64,000 nt of DNA, taken from Mobula birostris. Lineage: Eukaryota. A program made the translations under genes and the position numbers. This document shows, piece after piece, positions 23,846 through 36,075 of this stretch (position 1 is its first letter; every line of letters begins with the position of its first letter). Location: positions 46,940,581-47,004,580 of the forward strand of contig NC_092388.1 of NCBI RefSeq assembly GCF_030028105.1, written 5' to 3'. The notes beneath the pieces were generated by a model. It saw nothing but the letters and a program-made list of their open reading frames with translations. It was not told where the DNA came from and searched no databases.

Positions 23846-23926
23846 GTAGGTACCAAATACCTGGTAGAAGCCGTAAAAATTGGTGCCTTTGTAATGCTGG
23901 TGTCTGGTAAGGGGGATAAAAGCATT

Positions 23927-24092
23927 AAACAACAGGAATTCTGCAGATGCTGGAAATTCAAGCAACACAGATCAAAGTTGCTGGTGAACGCAGCTAGTCC
24001 TGACGAAGGGTCTCGGCCTGAAACGTTGACTGCACCTCTTCCTAGAGATGCTGCCTGGCTTGCTGCGTTCACCAGCAACTTTGATGTGCGTT
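23927..24092 (+). mobile_element. 166-bp Penelope-derived fold-back element with 14-bp TSD
   Basis: TSD GGGATAAAAGCATT (23913-23926, 24093-24106) and a perfect 24-bp inverted repeat (23971-23994 / 24062-24085). Confidence 0.85.
23995..24032 (+). ncRNA. Minimal type I hammerhead ribozyme motif
   Basis: AGTC-CTGACGA-A-GGGT(CTCG)GCCT-GAAAC-GTT-GACT gives stem I, the CUGANGA and GAAA cores, stem II, a palindromic ACGU stem III and an NUH triplet. Confidence 0.6.
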
Positions 24093-25189
24093 GGGATAAA
24101 AGCATTGGTGGCCCCACCGTGAAAAACGTTGTGTCCGTGGAGAAGCAGGAGATTGCAAATCTGGAGCAACCCATTCTGCATGGAGTAACTTATTGGGTCA
24201 AGAGGAATCGTCAACATTTCAGGTTGAGACCCTGCAGACCTTGAATCGATTTTCTCATCCTTATTCATGGGATATATTTGTAATTAGGACGCAGTTAATC
24301 CTGCTAAAATGGAGCTAGTTTGATATCATTCGTGGTCTTTCAGGTGTTCTCCCAAGTGGTTGTAAAGTTACTTGGAAGGACATGGAATTTCTTTCATCCA
24401 CCACAGCGATTCATTGATTATCTAGCTCTTTATCTATCCATCTCTTCCTCCTTCAATGTAAATTGCTGAAAAAAGTACCATAGTCATAAATCATTGAACA
24501 TTTATAGCGAAGAAGGCGGCCTTTTTCATGGTGTTTGTGCTTGTTATTTTGGAAAAAACAAAGTACCTAGCCTAATCGATCTTCCCAATGTAAGGGCTGT
24601 GGGCCCTGAAAGTCACAGCTCTTCACGTACACAAAATTAAAATCAAAATACACCTCTAGTGTTAGAAATTTGAACCAAAAACAGAAAATGCTGAGAATGT
24701 TCAGCAGGTTGGCCAGCATCTGTAGAGGGAAAAACAATGCGTATGGTAACTTTGTTTCTCTTTTCACAGAAACTGCCTGACCGGCTAAGTGTTCACAACT
24801 TTTTCTCTTAAAGTACACGTCCATGTATGTGTGCTCTCCAGGTTATGAATGCCTGACCCATGGATGCACTGTACATGCAAATATTTGGGAGACTGGCAGG
24901 GTGGGTGGGGATAAATTTGACGGCTGTTGTACTGATGCAAGCATCTTCTGAGTGGGAACAGGGCATTTTCCTGTGCCTACTCTCCCTATTTCTCTCAAGC
25001 TGCAGAAGTTGGATGCTGGGTTAAACTGAGCAGAGTAGACTTGCTTGCTCAATCACTGAGTCAGTGAGGCCAGCTGGTTGTCACTTACCTATCGCAGTTG
25101 TTTTTGTTCACTTTTGACTTGCCAACAGTTCGATTTACTAACAGTTCCCAGAAGTGTAATGCTGTGTAACCCCAGGACCTTCTGTAATT

Positions 25190-25780
25190 TTGTTTCTCTG
25201 TACTAGTGACCAAATTTTTTTTTGTAGTCTGTCACCCTGAAAAAGTAATTTCTGTCTGAGCTGCAAGCATCCTTATCATGAACTACCTTCATATAATGCT
25301 TTTGAAAATTGCATCCTCCAAATCTTCATTTTCGTTGTAACATTCAAGATGATTGTCAATAACTTCAAATTCTTCATAGTTCCTAACTTGTTAAGTAGTG
25401 AAGTCCTTTCACGTTCACTCCCGGCTTCTCCAAGCCCGAATGCTTGAAACCACAGTGAACAAAAAGGTTCTGAATTGCTTTACAGCTTAATTCTCACAAT
25501 CTATCAGAGACAAAAACCAGTGCTTTTTGAACACAAACACACACAACTGACACTGTTTAAAAACTGTTCACTTGAAGCATGGTGTGTCTAAAGGCCACAC
25601 GGCTGGCGCCAGTTGGAAACTTTGGCCACAGTCTCCTATCCCAATTAAGAGGCATAGTTGCCTCAAATAAATTAAAGGAATCCTAGCTATCATCTCGATT
25701 AGTTTTTGCTCTTTAAGAGTTATCCCAAATAAGTGGCTACACGAATTGACCGATGGCCCAATAAACCGGAATCCATAGTA
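25190..25780. mobile_element. Probable Tigger/pogo-like non-autonomous remnant
   Basis: The right end ccgatggcccaataaaccggaatccatagta resembles Tigger-type termini. The left end was not confidently located. Confidence 0.3.
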
Positions 25781-26292
25781 TTTTTCATCTGATGTGGTGT
25801 TTTGGGAACACTGGTAATTTCTCACCGGTTTTACCATCATTGAGGTTCTACTGTAGATAATCATCCTTAAAGCCATCCTCATCTGTCAGCTTTTTATTCA
25901 CTCATTGGATATGATTCCCTTCCCTCATTACTCTTTCAGTTGGTGCATTCCTGAATAGTTACGGTTTGTGTGATGAAGCTAATGCCGCAAGTGCATGGGA
26001 AGTGAAAAGAAGAAATAATTTCATATCTTTTGTTTTCTAAGATCCCACTCAAACACCTAGGTATTCACTTTGCATTGCTTAAACTTTTTTGCCTGTGATC
26101 ATTCTCATGTTGCTGAGATATAAATTTGAATGACTGTTGTACAATCAATGTTAAGCAAATTACACTGGAATGGGAAAGGAGCAAAACCAGTCATGAGATG
26201 ATTGACAATCAGAGCTTCTAGCATTTTCACATTTAAACAGTATTTAATATGATCCATTCTGTATGATTTTTGTTTTCCCTAATTGTTTACAG

Positions 26293-26387
26293 AGAGCTCT
26301 CAACTCCTATTTCGAAGCAGCTTTTCAGCCATCTTGCTCTGCAATGGAAGCTGCCTCACAGATAACAAATGCAGCAGATTTCCAAAG
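26293..26387 (+). CDS. tdp2: tdp2 exon 2
   Basis: ttacag|AGA, RALNSYFE..., AG|gtatgc. 95 nt. Confidence 0.93.
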
Positions 26388-27812
26388 GTATGCACACACC
26401 TTACAGGTCTTAACTATTAACATAATCATTCTTTGGTTAAGTGTGTTGTAACTTATTCAAAGAAGAAATACAAAGCTCAAGGTGCTGAGAAATGGATATT
26501 AATTTTAAAATTCATAAGTCACATTTGAGTGTTTCATTGTATGAAGAACATTTTTTTGTACTTCTGAAAATTATTGACGACTTAATTGTTTTGTAGTTGG
26601 AAGAGCCTTGAGCTTCCACCTTTGCACAGATCGTGGGTTCATTTGTTGACTTGCAGTGCTTGAAAATGAAGCTAGACTGAAGCTAGCTTCAGTTATTTAT
26701 AATGATGATCACTTATTTTGAAAAGTAGTTTACAGGGTTGTAAAAGAACTGCAGAGAGTTATGTAACAACTTTTGGAAATATTTAAGAATCTGCAGCAGT
26801 TTAAATATACATTGGTTGGTTTGGACATTCTAAACACTATGGCTCAGATGAGCTCTCTCATCAGAAATACAAAAAACACTGCATGTTTAAGCTATCTAGG
26901 AAGCACAGCTAGGTACTTAGACTTTTTTTTCAGAGAGTTATGCAGTTGAATGTAAGTTCATATTAATGTAATGTATCAATATATGTATGTGCATTTAGAT
27001 GTTGTTAACTATATTCACAGTGGCTTAAACCCCAAATTAGGGTTGTTACATGGCACATTGTTGCTTACTAAGGACGTATCCAATAGAGTGAATTATTAGT
27101 TAAGTAATTAATGGAAAAGGTATTGTGTAAATTATTGTGAAGACATTACTGGATGTTAGTAAAAATACTTCCAAAAGCAGCAGTTTGCAACTCACCTTTG
27201 GAGTAGAGGAAGATCTTGGAGCTGAGGTATTAAGTAGTAATAAAGACTGCACTCTAAACTTTAGGTTTGCTTAAATAAAGTTGTAATGCTGTAAATGGTA
27301 TATTGGGTAAGGATTACAGCAAAATGGCATTCAGTCATGATACTCACCATGCAGAAATGATTGCATGTCCAGCCACTACTGACTGGAGTGATAACCTTAC
27401 TCTATTTCCTGAGGTGGGCAAGCTTACTGAGTCTCAGAGCTATATGTGCTAATATTACAAATTTGGAAGTTGTAAGGCAGGCATAGTTCAGCATTTTATT
27501 GGAAATTCTTCACCTTGTAAAAAGAAAATTATTAATGCTAATTATATACCTCCTGTGTTGTTGTTAATTGGAGCAAAAACTGGAGGCCGTGGAGATCACT
27601 ATGAAAACCATCAATCTTTTGAAAGATAGAAGTTCCTTTTGCTAGTTGCTGGAGTTTTGTCTTATTTGGATCTAAATTTCCATAATATTCTCAGTAAATT
27701 CTCCGGCAGGTTATGAATGTTTTACTCCATGAAATGACAAGATATTCAGATGTGCAGTTTTAAGCACTCTTATGTAACCAGACACATCCATATTAACTTT
27801 CTTTAAATGCAG

Positions 27813-27974
27813 CATTGATTTAACAGACGATAACAGTGTGCAGACGAATAATGGGGATGGCACAGAGTCACATGTAGATGAAAGTACCATCTCACTGTTA
27901 ACCTGGAACATCGATGGACTTGATTCAGCAAACCTATCGGAAAGAGCACGTGGTTTTTGCTGTTGCTTGGCGCT
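27813..27974 (+). CDS. tdp2: tdp2 exon 3
   Basis: tgcag|C, IDLT...SLLTWNIDGLDSANLSERARG, CT|gtgagt. 162 nt. Contains the EEP motif TWNIDGLD. Confidence 0.95.
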
Positions 27975-28057
27975 GTGAGTACAATTGTTTCATTATTATT
28001 GTCAACCCACAGTTAACTTGTTATTTATTTAGTTGGCCTTTTAAGAGTGTATAGATT

Positions 28058-28515
28058 TATAAGGGTGATTGATGAGTTCATGGCCTAAGGTAGAAGGAGA
28101 TGAGTTATACAGCTCTCGTTACATGCACATGCAGGTCAACTCTTTGAGTGATTATGCAGAAAGTTTGAAATTAATACTCAGCTCCTTCTACCTTAGGCCA
28201 CAAACTTATCAATCACCCCTGATGAGTTATTATCTAATAAGTTATTAACTTCAAACTTTCTGCATAATCACTCAGAGTTGAACTGCATGTGCATGTAATG
28301 AGAGCTGTATAACTCATCTCCTTCTACCTTAGGCCACAAACTTATCAATCACCCCTGCTGTGGACACTTTCTGGAGGTCCAAGATCCGTATGCTCCACGA
28401 CCACTGGACTAAGTGTGCAAATGTAGGAGGGGACTATGTTGAAAAATAAATGTGCTAGGTTTTCTAAAATTGACTCCTTCTACCTTAGGCCACGAACTTA
28501 TCAATCACCCCTCGT
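28058..28515 (+). mobile_element. Mariner-derived non-autonomous element with multiple TIR copies
   Basis: Left TIR gggtgattgatgagttcatggcctaaggtagaagga. Three reverse copies end at about 28220, 28355 and 28515. Retains a mariner transposase C-terminus IRMLHDHWTKCANVGGDYVEK* (28384-28449). Confidence 0.85.
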
Positions 28516-29099
28516 TTGATTCTTTCAGGTCAAGAAATGAAGACCCTTGTCTTTTATCAGGCTTTCAATTGTTATTAGCTAACATTTTGTATATTTTTGG
28601 ATTAATGACTAATTTGACTTCAGGATCGAGAAGATTTTGCTCTGTTTTGTAGTTGGCTTAGGAGTGTTTTTTCCTCAGAAAACTGACACAGGTCTTGAAT
28701 TATGCAGCATATCCCTGTCTGTGTGAAAGTTAACACCTTACATAATAATCTATGGTGGCAAACTTCTGTTTTCTTACCTATAACCTTCCTTAAATTTTTC
28801 TAGTATTTATTGCTTTGTAAACCTAAATTATTTACCTTTTAAACTCCTTTAGCAGAACTGTGCATCTAAACTTTGCTCTAACCCTTTTTTGTTTAATCCT
28901 TGAGTTGTTGCATAAATCTGCTCACCCTCCCTTTTACGTCTCCAAAGATTTTCTGTATCCCCAGTTAATCTTCAGATAGGACTTTTATTCCAGTGCTATT
29001 TCTCTCCATCTTAATGGAAAAGGCCCATTCTGTCCTTGCACTCTGACAGTCTATCTTCATTTTGTTTTTCTTAATTGTATGGGATGCAGGTATCGCTCG

Positions 29100-29480
29100 T
29101 TCATTCATTGTGCCATGTCGTATGATGTGGGTGATCGTGATCTTTCCATGACCATGATTGTTTCTGGCAAATTTTTCTTCAGAAGTGGCTTGCCATTGCT
29201 GCCTTCTGGACATTGACTTTACAAGACAGGCGACCCCAGCCATCATAATACTCTTCAGATATTGTCTGCCTGGCGTCAGTGGTCACATATCTAGGAATTG
29301 TAAATTTGCTTCAGCTGCTCATACGACCATCCATCACCTGCTCCCATGGCTTCACGAGAAGCTGATCAGGGGAGCTAAGCAGGTGCTACACCTCGCCCAA
29401 GGGTGAACTGCAGGCTAGCAGAGGGAAGGAGAGCCTTACACTTCCTTTGGTAGAGACGTACCTCCACCCCACTGCCCAGT
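29100..29480 (-). mobile_element. RTE/BovB-related SINE-like element
   Basis: The minus strand contains gcaatggcaagccacttc (BovB/BovA-like) and ends in an (AATG)n tail. Confidence 0.5.
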
Positions 29481-29844
29481 CACTGGAAGATAAGTAGTTA
29501 TCGTTATTGAGAATGTAGAGGTGAATCATTGCAGTCTATCTGGTTAAGATGCCTCCGTGATGTTGTAGGGAATCTCTAGATTTAGATCCACCAATGATGA
29601 GGAACAGAGGGTTATGTGAGTTGGCAAGAAGTTTGCAGTGATGCATCTGTGACTAACTGTGTTGAATGCACTTTGTAGATGGTATACGTTGCAATCTGGT
29701 ACTCTTTGTTGGAAGGTGTTAATGTTTGTAGTGGTAGACGGGGTGCAGTCAGGTGGGCTGCTTTGTCCTGGAAGGTGCAATGCTGTGGGAGCTGAGTCAG
29801 GAGATAAGAGTCTTACCTGAGGACACCCAGCTGCTGACTTACTC

Positions 29845-30345
29845 CACACACAAAATGCTGGAGGAACTCGGCAGGCCAAGCATCATCTCTGGAGTAAACG
29901 GTCAACGTTTCAGGCTGAGACCATTCATCATCATCAGGACTGGGGGAGAAAAGATCAGAAGATAGAGCAAGAAGGTGGGGGGAGGGGAGGAAAAAGTACA
30001 AGGTGGTAGATAATAGGTGAAAATGGGATTGGTGAAGTAATGAGCTGGGAAGCTGATAGATTAAATAGTTAAAAGGCTGGAGAAGGAGGAATCTGATAGG
30101 AGAGGATAGAAGACTATGGGGAAAAAGGGAAAGGGGAAGAGCACCAAAGGGAGGTGATGGGCAGGTAAGGAGATGAGGAGGTGAGAGAGGGGAATGGGAA
30201 TGGTGAGGAGGTGGGCAGTTACCGAAGTTTGAGAAATCGATGTGCATGCCTTTGGGTTGGAGGCTACCCAGACGAAATATAAGGCGTTGTTCCTCCAACC
30301 AGTGTGTGGCCTCATCGTGGCCGTACAGGAGGCCGTGGACTTACC
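29845..30345 (-). mobile_element. Penelope-like element 3' fragment
   Basis: EEQRLIFRLGSLQPKGMHIDFSNF (GIY-YIG C-terminus), pyrimidine-rich 3' region, and a hammerhead-like core with an expanded CTGATGATGATGA...GAAACGTTGAC. Confidence 0.8.
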
Positions 30346-31019
30346 TCAGGATACTGGTGATGGGGCACATGGTAATGGTAATATCATTGGCAGTTAGACA
30401 CCTTCTTGCTTGAGATTAGTTATTGCCTTGCACTTTCAAGTATGGATGTTGCTTGCCAATAAATCAACATGTTGACTGTTGTATAGTCTTGTTGTATGCA
30501 GACATAGACTGCTTCATTTTCTAGTGAATTGCATCTGGAATTAAATTTTGCATGTAATCCCTCTTTCCCACATCAATCTTTCAGTCATGCTTTTGCAAAT
30601 GCCTTTGACAATGTGCTACTTTGCACAATTGAAAGTGCCTTTAACTGCCTCGATCCAAAGTGTCAGAACTTTCTCTCTGTAATATCAGTGTCCCCAACTT
30701 CTTTCTCATCCTTTAAAATGCCCCTGAAAAACCACCACTTCAACAAAGCTGTTTGTCACCTGTCGTAATATACCTAATTGTGCTTGATAACACCCCTGTG
30801 AAGTGCCTTGGGAGTTATTTTACTGGATTAAATATGACCAATGCAAGATGTTGATGCACACGGTTCAGATACCAATCTTGATACTCTTGTCCCCAGTCTC
30901 AGTTCAACCTGGCTCCCATGTCCTGATGTTACCACAGTAGTATTTACTCTCTTCTATCTTTTTCTACATTGGTTATCTGGATTTTCTTCCCCTCTGTTCC
31001 AGAATTTTTTATTGATGCA

Positions 31020-31540
31020 CCATAGGAAGCATCCTTGTATCAGGGCTTGGTATGGTAACTGCTCTGCCCCGACTGCAAGAAACTACAGAGAGTTAGGGAC
31101 ACAGTTCAGCGCATCATGGAAACCAGCTTCCCCTCTACTCTTCTATATAGGTCTCTACTTCTTGCTGTCTCAGTAAAGCAGCTGGCATAATCAAAGACAC
31201 TATCCACCTCGACATTCTCTCTTCTCCCTTCTTGCTTCAGGCAGAAGATTCAAAAGCCTGAAAGCACGTATACCAGTTTCAAAGGCAGCTTCTGTTCCAT
31301 TGTAATAAGACTATTAGGTGCTTTATTAGTACAATAAGATGGGATCTTGACCTCACAACCTACCTCATTATGACTTTGCACTTTATTCTTTACCTGCTCT
31401 GCATTTTCTCTGCATTATTATTGTTTTACTTTGTTCTGTTTCAATTCACTGTGTAATGACTTAATGTGTCTGAATAGTATGCAAGATAAGTTTATCACTG
31501 TATCACAATACATGTGAGAATAATAAACTAATACTGGTAC
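31020..31540 (+). mobile_element. Rex1/Babar-like LINE 3' fragment
   Basis: CIRAWYGNCS and SGRRFKSLKAR remnants, ending in catgtgagaataataaac. Confidence 0.7.
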
Positions 31541-31558
31541 CAATCTTTTGTTTTGAAG

Positions 31559-31650
31559 GTATAACCCTGACATTGTGTTTCTTCAGGAAGTAATTGAGCC
31601 CTATTATAATTATTTAAAGAAGAGAGCAGTGAACTATGTTCTAATTCCAG
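31559..31650 (+). CDS. tdp2: tdp2 exon 4
   Basis: tgaag|G, YNPDIVFLQEVIEPYYNYLKKRAVNYVLIP, G|gtatga. 92 nt. Contains the metal-binding Glu of FLQEV. Confidence 0.95.
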
Positions 31651-31744
31651 GTATGAGATAAGCTCTGAGCTAGAAAAAGAACCTTGATGATTTGAATATC
31701 ATTTATGTTCAAATGAGAAAAATGCATATTTAGCTTGGTTTAAG

Positions 31745-31878
31745 GATCTAGTGCTTTCCCGGCATAAATGACGAATAAATGCTGCTCGGGCTTCCAGCCA
31801 GGTACAGGCATTGATTTTAACTGAAGTTTCGATGACAATCTCCACCATCTTCATCAGGGATGATGCCTGGGCATGTTT
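31745..31878 (-). mobile_element. Second Penelope-like family terminal fragment with hammerhead-like core
   Basis: The minus strand reads CTGATGA-A-GATGG(tggagatt g)TCATC-GAAAC-TTC (31857 to 31823). Confidence 0.55.
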
Positions 31879-32262
31879 GGTCATTTCCAAACTTGTTTTA
31901 TCTCCCTGTACTGCTGGTTGAGAGGAATGGAGTCGTTGACACTAAGGTTTTCTTCTTTCCTATTCTTAAGTTGTTAGTACTGCCCAAGTCTTTTAGTTTA
32001 GTTGACTAATTCTGTGTTTTTTTTTGGGGGGATGGGGTTTGTTTTTTTTCTATTTTTTTTTTCTTTTTCATGATTTTTTCCCAGTTTTTTTTTGCTTTGT
32101 ATTATTTGTTGCTATTTTTACATGATTGGGAGCCTTGTTAATTTATACTATTTGGTCTTACAATTACTTATTTTCAGTGTAACAATATATCTCCTACTAT
32201 TTGTATTATTGCTATGTTTTGTTTCTATGTTATGAAATTAATAAAAAGATTGAAAAAGAAAG
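31879..32262 (+). mobile_element. L1 3'UTR fragment
   Basis: Matches the reverse complement of 37353-37738 (ggttgagaggaatggagtcgttgacactaaggttttc) and ends in AATAAAAAGATTGAAAAAGAAA. Confidence 0.8.
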
Positions 32263-33007
32263 TTTTTCTCTCTTTGCTGACTAAACACATAAAGGTTCCA
32301 AATTTCAGTCAGCACTGACAGTGTTTTCAGCTGTGTATGTCTTCAGCCATAGGATTCACTTTTCTAAATATTTTGGACTCTCTACCCCTCTCTAAGAGCA
32401 TCAAACCTACTTCTTTGATCAAATATAGTGTCACCTGTCTTGATATTTTCTTACGTGGCTCAGTTGCACTTTTTGCCTGATGATGTTACTTTGAAATTCC
32501 TGGGATTATTTTACAATGTTAAAGCTCTTATCTAAGTATAAGTTATTGTTCGCGTGGCAATTTAGCAGAAAAATAGTGTTCAAAATGCTACATATTGGCC
32601 TTAAAGGTACATTGCATTACAAGTACAACCTCATTCCCCTCTCCATTTCATGTTCTTTTAGTAAATGATATTTGGAACTGCACTTTGTCCCACCTAGTAA
32701 ATAACTGTTTACTAGTTTTATTGGTATGTTTTCAGTTTGATAGGTATGGTGATAATTTTGCTTAATATATTTCATTAATCTTTGAGAAACGCAAATATCC
32801 ACAAATTCTGGTTATTAGTTAGATAGTGATGCATTAGGAAACAATTACGAGGATTTTTGAATTCCCTGAACCAGACAATGATCACACAACTGGATACCTC
32901 TACCAGGATTCATTCTTTACATAAACTATATTCCTGACAGGTAACTAAGTGGATGGTCACTAAGTGGAAGCTAAATTCTCAATAAGATAAAGGCTGCTCT
33001 CGTGTAT

Positions 33008-33785
33008 CTCATAGAAAACAAAGAAACGTATAAATCTACAGCAAATTACAGGCCCTTCGGCCCACAATGTTGTGCTGACCATGTAACCTACTCTAGAAAC
33101 TGCCTAGAGTTTACCTACCAAACAATCCAACATTTTTCTAAGCTCCGTGTACCTATCTAAGAGTCTCTTAAAGTACCCTATCCGCCTCTATCACCTTCAC
33201 TGGCAGTGCATTCCATACACCCACAACTCTCTGTGTGAAAAACTTAACTCTGACATCCCCCTTGTACCTACTTCCAAGCACCTTAAAACTATACCCCCCT
33301 TGTGTTAGCCATTTCAACCCTGGAGAAAAGCCTCTCATCAGCTTATACACCTCTATCAGGTCACCACTCGTCCTCCGTCGCTCCAAGGAGAGAAGGCCAA
33401 GTTCACTCAACTTATTCTCATAAGGCATGCTCCCCAATCCAGTAAATCCTTGTAAATCTCCTTTGCATTCTTTCTATAGTATCCACATTCCCCTTACAAT
33501 GAGGTGACCAGAACTGAACGCAGTACTCCAAATGGGGTCTAACTGAGGTCTTACTTCGCTGTAACATTACCTCACTGCTCTTGAACTCAATCCCATGGTT
33601 GATGAAAGCCAACACACTATATGCCTTCTTAACAACATTGTCAACCTGCGCAGCAGCTTTGCGTGTCCTATGGACACAGACCCCAAGACCTCACTGAACC
33701 GCCACACTGCCAAGAGTCTTACCATTAATATTCTGTCTTCAAATTTGACCTACTGAAATGAACCACTCCACACTTACCTGGGTTA
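33008..33785 (-). mobile_element. CR1 LINE 3' fragment
   Basis: VRPHLEYCVQFWSP, GDLIEVYKLM and FFTQRVVGVWNALP. Confidence 0.9.
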
Positions 33786-34198
33786 ATTCTCCTGTGTTTT
33801 ACTTGGACTGCTACTTTGTGCAATCAAATTTGTGTACATCAGGCTATTAGCAAGCATACTCCTTGCCTGTGCACAATGTTAGCTTCATTTTTGGTTGCCT
33901 GTACCAGCCATCTATTCCTTGTCTCTAAATTCTAGAATTGTTTCCCTAACGTGTCTTTTGTACATCCTTTTTATTAGGCATTTCTTAAAATACCACCTTA
34001 ATTGTAGTATATTTATGTGGCTCAACATCCAAGCCAGTTAGTTTTTTTTTGGTGTAGCATCTTTGAGTGCATTACCAATTTAAACTGCCAAATTGATGAA
34101 ATGGATAGAATGCAATTGACTTTAGACTGGAGGTGGGGTGGGGGAAGAGGGTAGAAAGTGTTAATACAACAACCTAAGTTGTACATTCTTTTTTTAAG

Positions 34199-34317
34199 CA
34201 AACAGCGATGGTTACTACACAACTATTATGCTGAAAAAATCTCGAGTGAAATTATTGAAACGAGAAATAATAGATTTCCCAACCACCTCCATGATGAGAA
34301 ACCTCCTTGTTGTTCAG
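34199..34317 (+). CDS. tdp2: tdp2 exon 5
   Basis: tttaag|CA, NSDGYYTTIMLKKSRVKLLKREIIDFPTTSMMRNLLVVQ, |gtaggt. 119 nt. Confidence 0.95.
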
Positions 34318-34869
34318 GTAGGTAGAATGCGAAGGAACCAGGGTATCACTTGGTGTAGTACAAAAAGGAATTAATTTCTAAAGCAAAGTGTTAGTTACGC
34401 TGAAAGGAAACAGTTAACATTGTTTTTAAAAGTTTCTATTCATGCTTTTCTAGCAGGAGTTGTGAAAGTTATACTTTTGCATCAGTTTAATATGTTTAGT
34501 TACTCTGCTGTGTACTTGCAAATTGGAAATGTTTATTGGGATTTCTTTGCACTGTTAAATCCGTTTTCTTCTGATGTTTGGATACCTATGTCTTCAATGA
34601 AAGGGTGAATATATAAATCCTCAAATCCTTTGTGCATTCTTGGTTCAAATTATGGCACTACAAATGTAGCCCTTCACCTGCCTATGAAAGTAGGAACCTT
34701 TTAAATAAAGTCGTTAAAATAACTTCCACATGACATTTGAGATAAACTTCTTACATTGACATCACAACTCCTGAACAGAACTCCTTTTCATTTAAGGAGT
34801 TGACAGATGACAGAAATGTTAGTAATTGAGGTTAATTTTACATGCTTAATTTTATCTTATAACTATTCT

Positions 34870-35447
34870 CTAACGGAAGAAAATGAGACATGAAATGGGA
34901 AGTCGAAGGACTCGGCGTATTGTGAGCAGTTTTGGGCCCCTTAGAAAGGATGTGCTGACAAAGGAGGTTTATGAAAATGATTCCAGGATTGAACAGCTTG
35001 TCATATAAAGAGCGTTTGATGGCTCTGGGCCTGTATTCACTGGAATTCAGAAGAATGAGGGTTAACCTCATTGAAACCTATCGAATGTTGAAAGGCCTTG
35101 ATAGAGTGGATGTGAAGAGGATGTTTGCTATAGCGGGAGAGTCTAGGACTAGAGGATACAGCCTCAGAATAGAGGGGTGTCCTTTTAGAATGGAGGTGAG
35201 GAGGAATTCCTTTAGCCAAATAGTGGTGAATCTGTGGAATTCTTTGCAATAGCTGGCAGTGGAGGCCAAGTCTTTACGTATATTTAAGGCAGAGGTTGCT
35301 AGATTCTTGATTGGTCAGGGCGTGAAGGGAGAAGAGGAAAAGCTAGGAGATTGGGGCTGAGAGGTAAAATGGATCAGACATGATGAAATGGCAGAGCAGA
35401 CTCGATGGGCCAAATGGCCTAATTCTGCTCCTATATCTTAGGGTCTA
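34870..35447 (+). mobile_element. CR1 LINE 3' fragment
   Basis: MIPGLNSLSYKERLMALGLYSLEFRRMR...VVNLWNSL, ending in cctaattctgctcctatatctta. Confidence 0.88.
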
Positions 35448-35904
35448 AATGAATATAGTTATTATTGACTGTTGTGGATTTTGTTGTACTGCTCACTAGG
35501 ATAAAATATCTCTATTAAAATTCGATGGAGGAAGGACAAAGTTCGATTTTTGTCATTGGTTTTCTTGCACCAGCTTACCCAATTAAAAAATAATGTTTAA
35601 TATTTGACTCTCCCCAAACAAAATATGGAGACTTACAGCCCGTTCCTATACCTTGCAACTGCAGAATGTTTAAAATAATGAACCTTTTGCTGTTATTTCT
35701 TCAAGAGAACATGAATTTACTAAGTTGATTTCCAGGCCGGCTGAACACTGGGATCTATTTTTACATTTTTAAATGCTGCTTGTCAAGTGAAAGAAATGAA
35801 TTATACATTTTAGTTAGCACTGATCATTCAATTTCTTGGAGTGATTGAGAAATGATGTATGAAACAAATAATGTTTTGCTGCTGCCACATATCCTGTGTT
35901 GTAG

Positions 35905-36075
35905 GTGAACCTTGCTGGGAATGAGCTCTACTTGATGACTTCCCACCTGGAGAGCACCAAGGAACATTCCCAGGAGCGGATTAAACAACTGAGGACTGTG
36001 CTCAAGAAAATGGAAGAAGTACCAGAGCATGCCACTGTAATATTTGGAGGGGATACCAATCTGAGAGATAGTGAG
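35905..36075 (+). CDS. tdp2: tdp2 exon 6
   Basis: tgtag|GTG, LMTSHLEST...VIFGGDTNLRDSE, |gtgagc. 171 nt. Contains the SHLES and GDTN catalytic motifs. Confidence 0.96.

Noticed and set aside
23558-24244. 228-aa ORF as a single-exon protein
   Set aside because: Only 23639-23845 is tdp2 exon 1. The ORF starts at a GTG and reads through the donor into an intronic Penelope-derived repeat.
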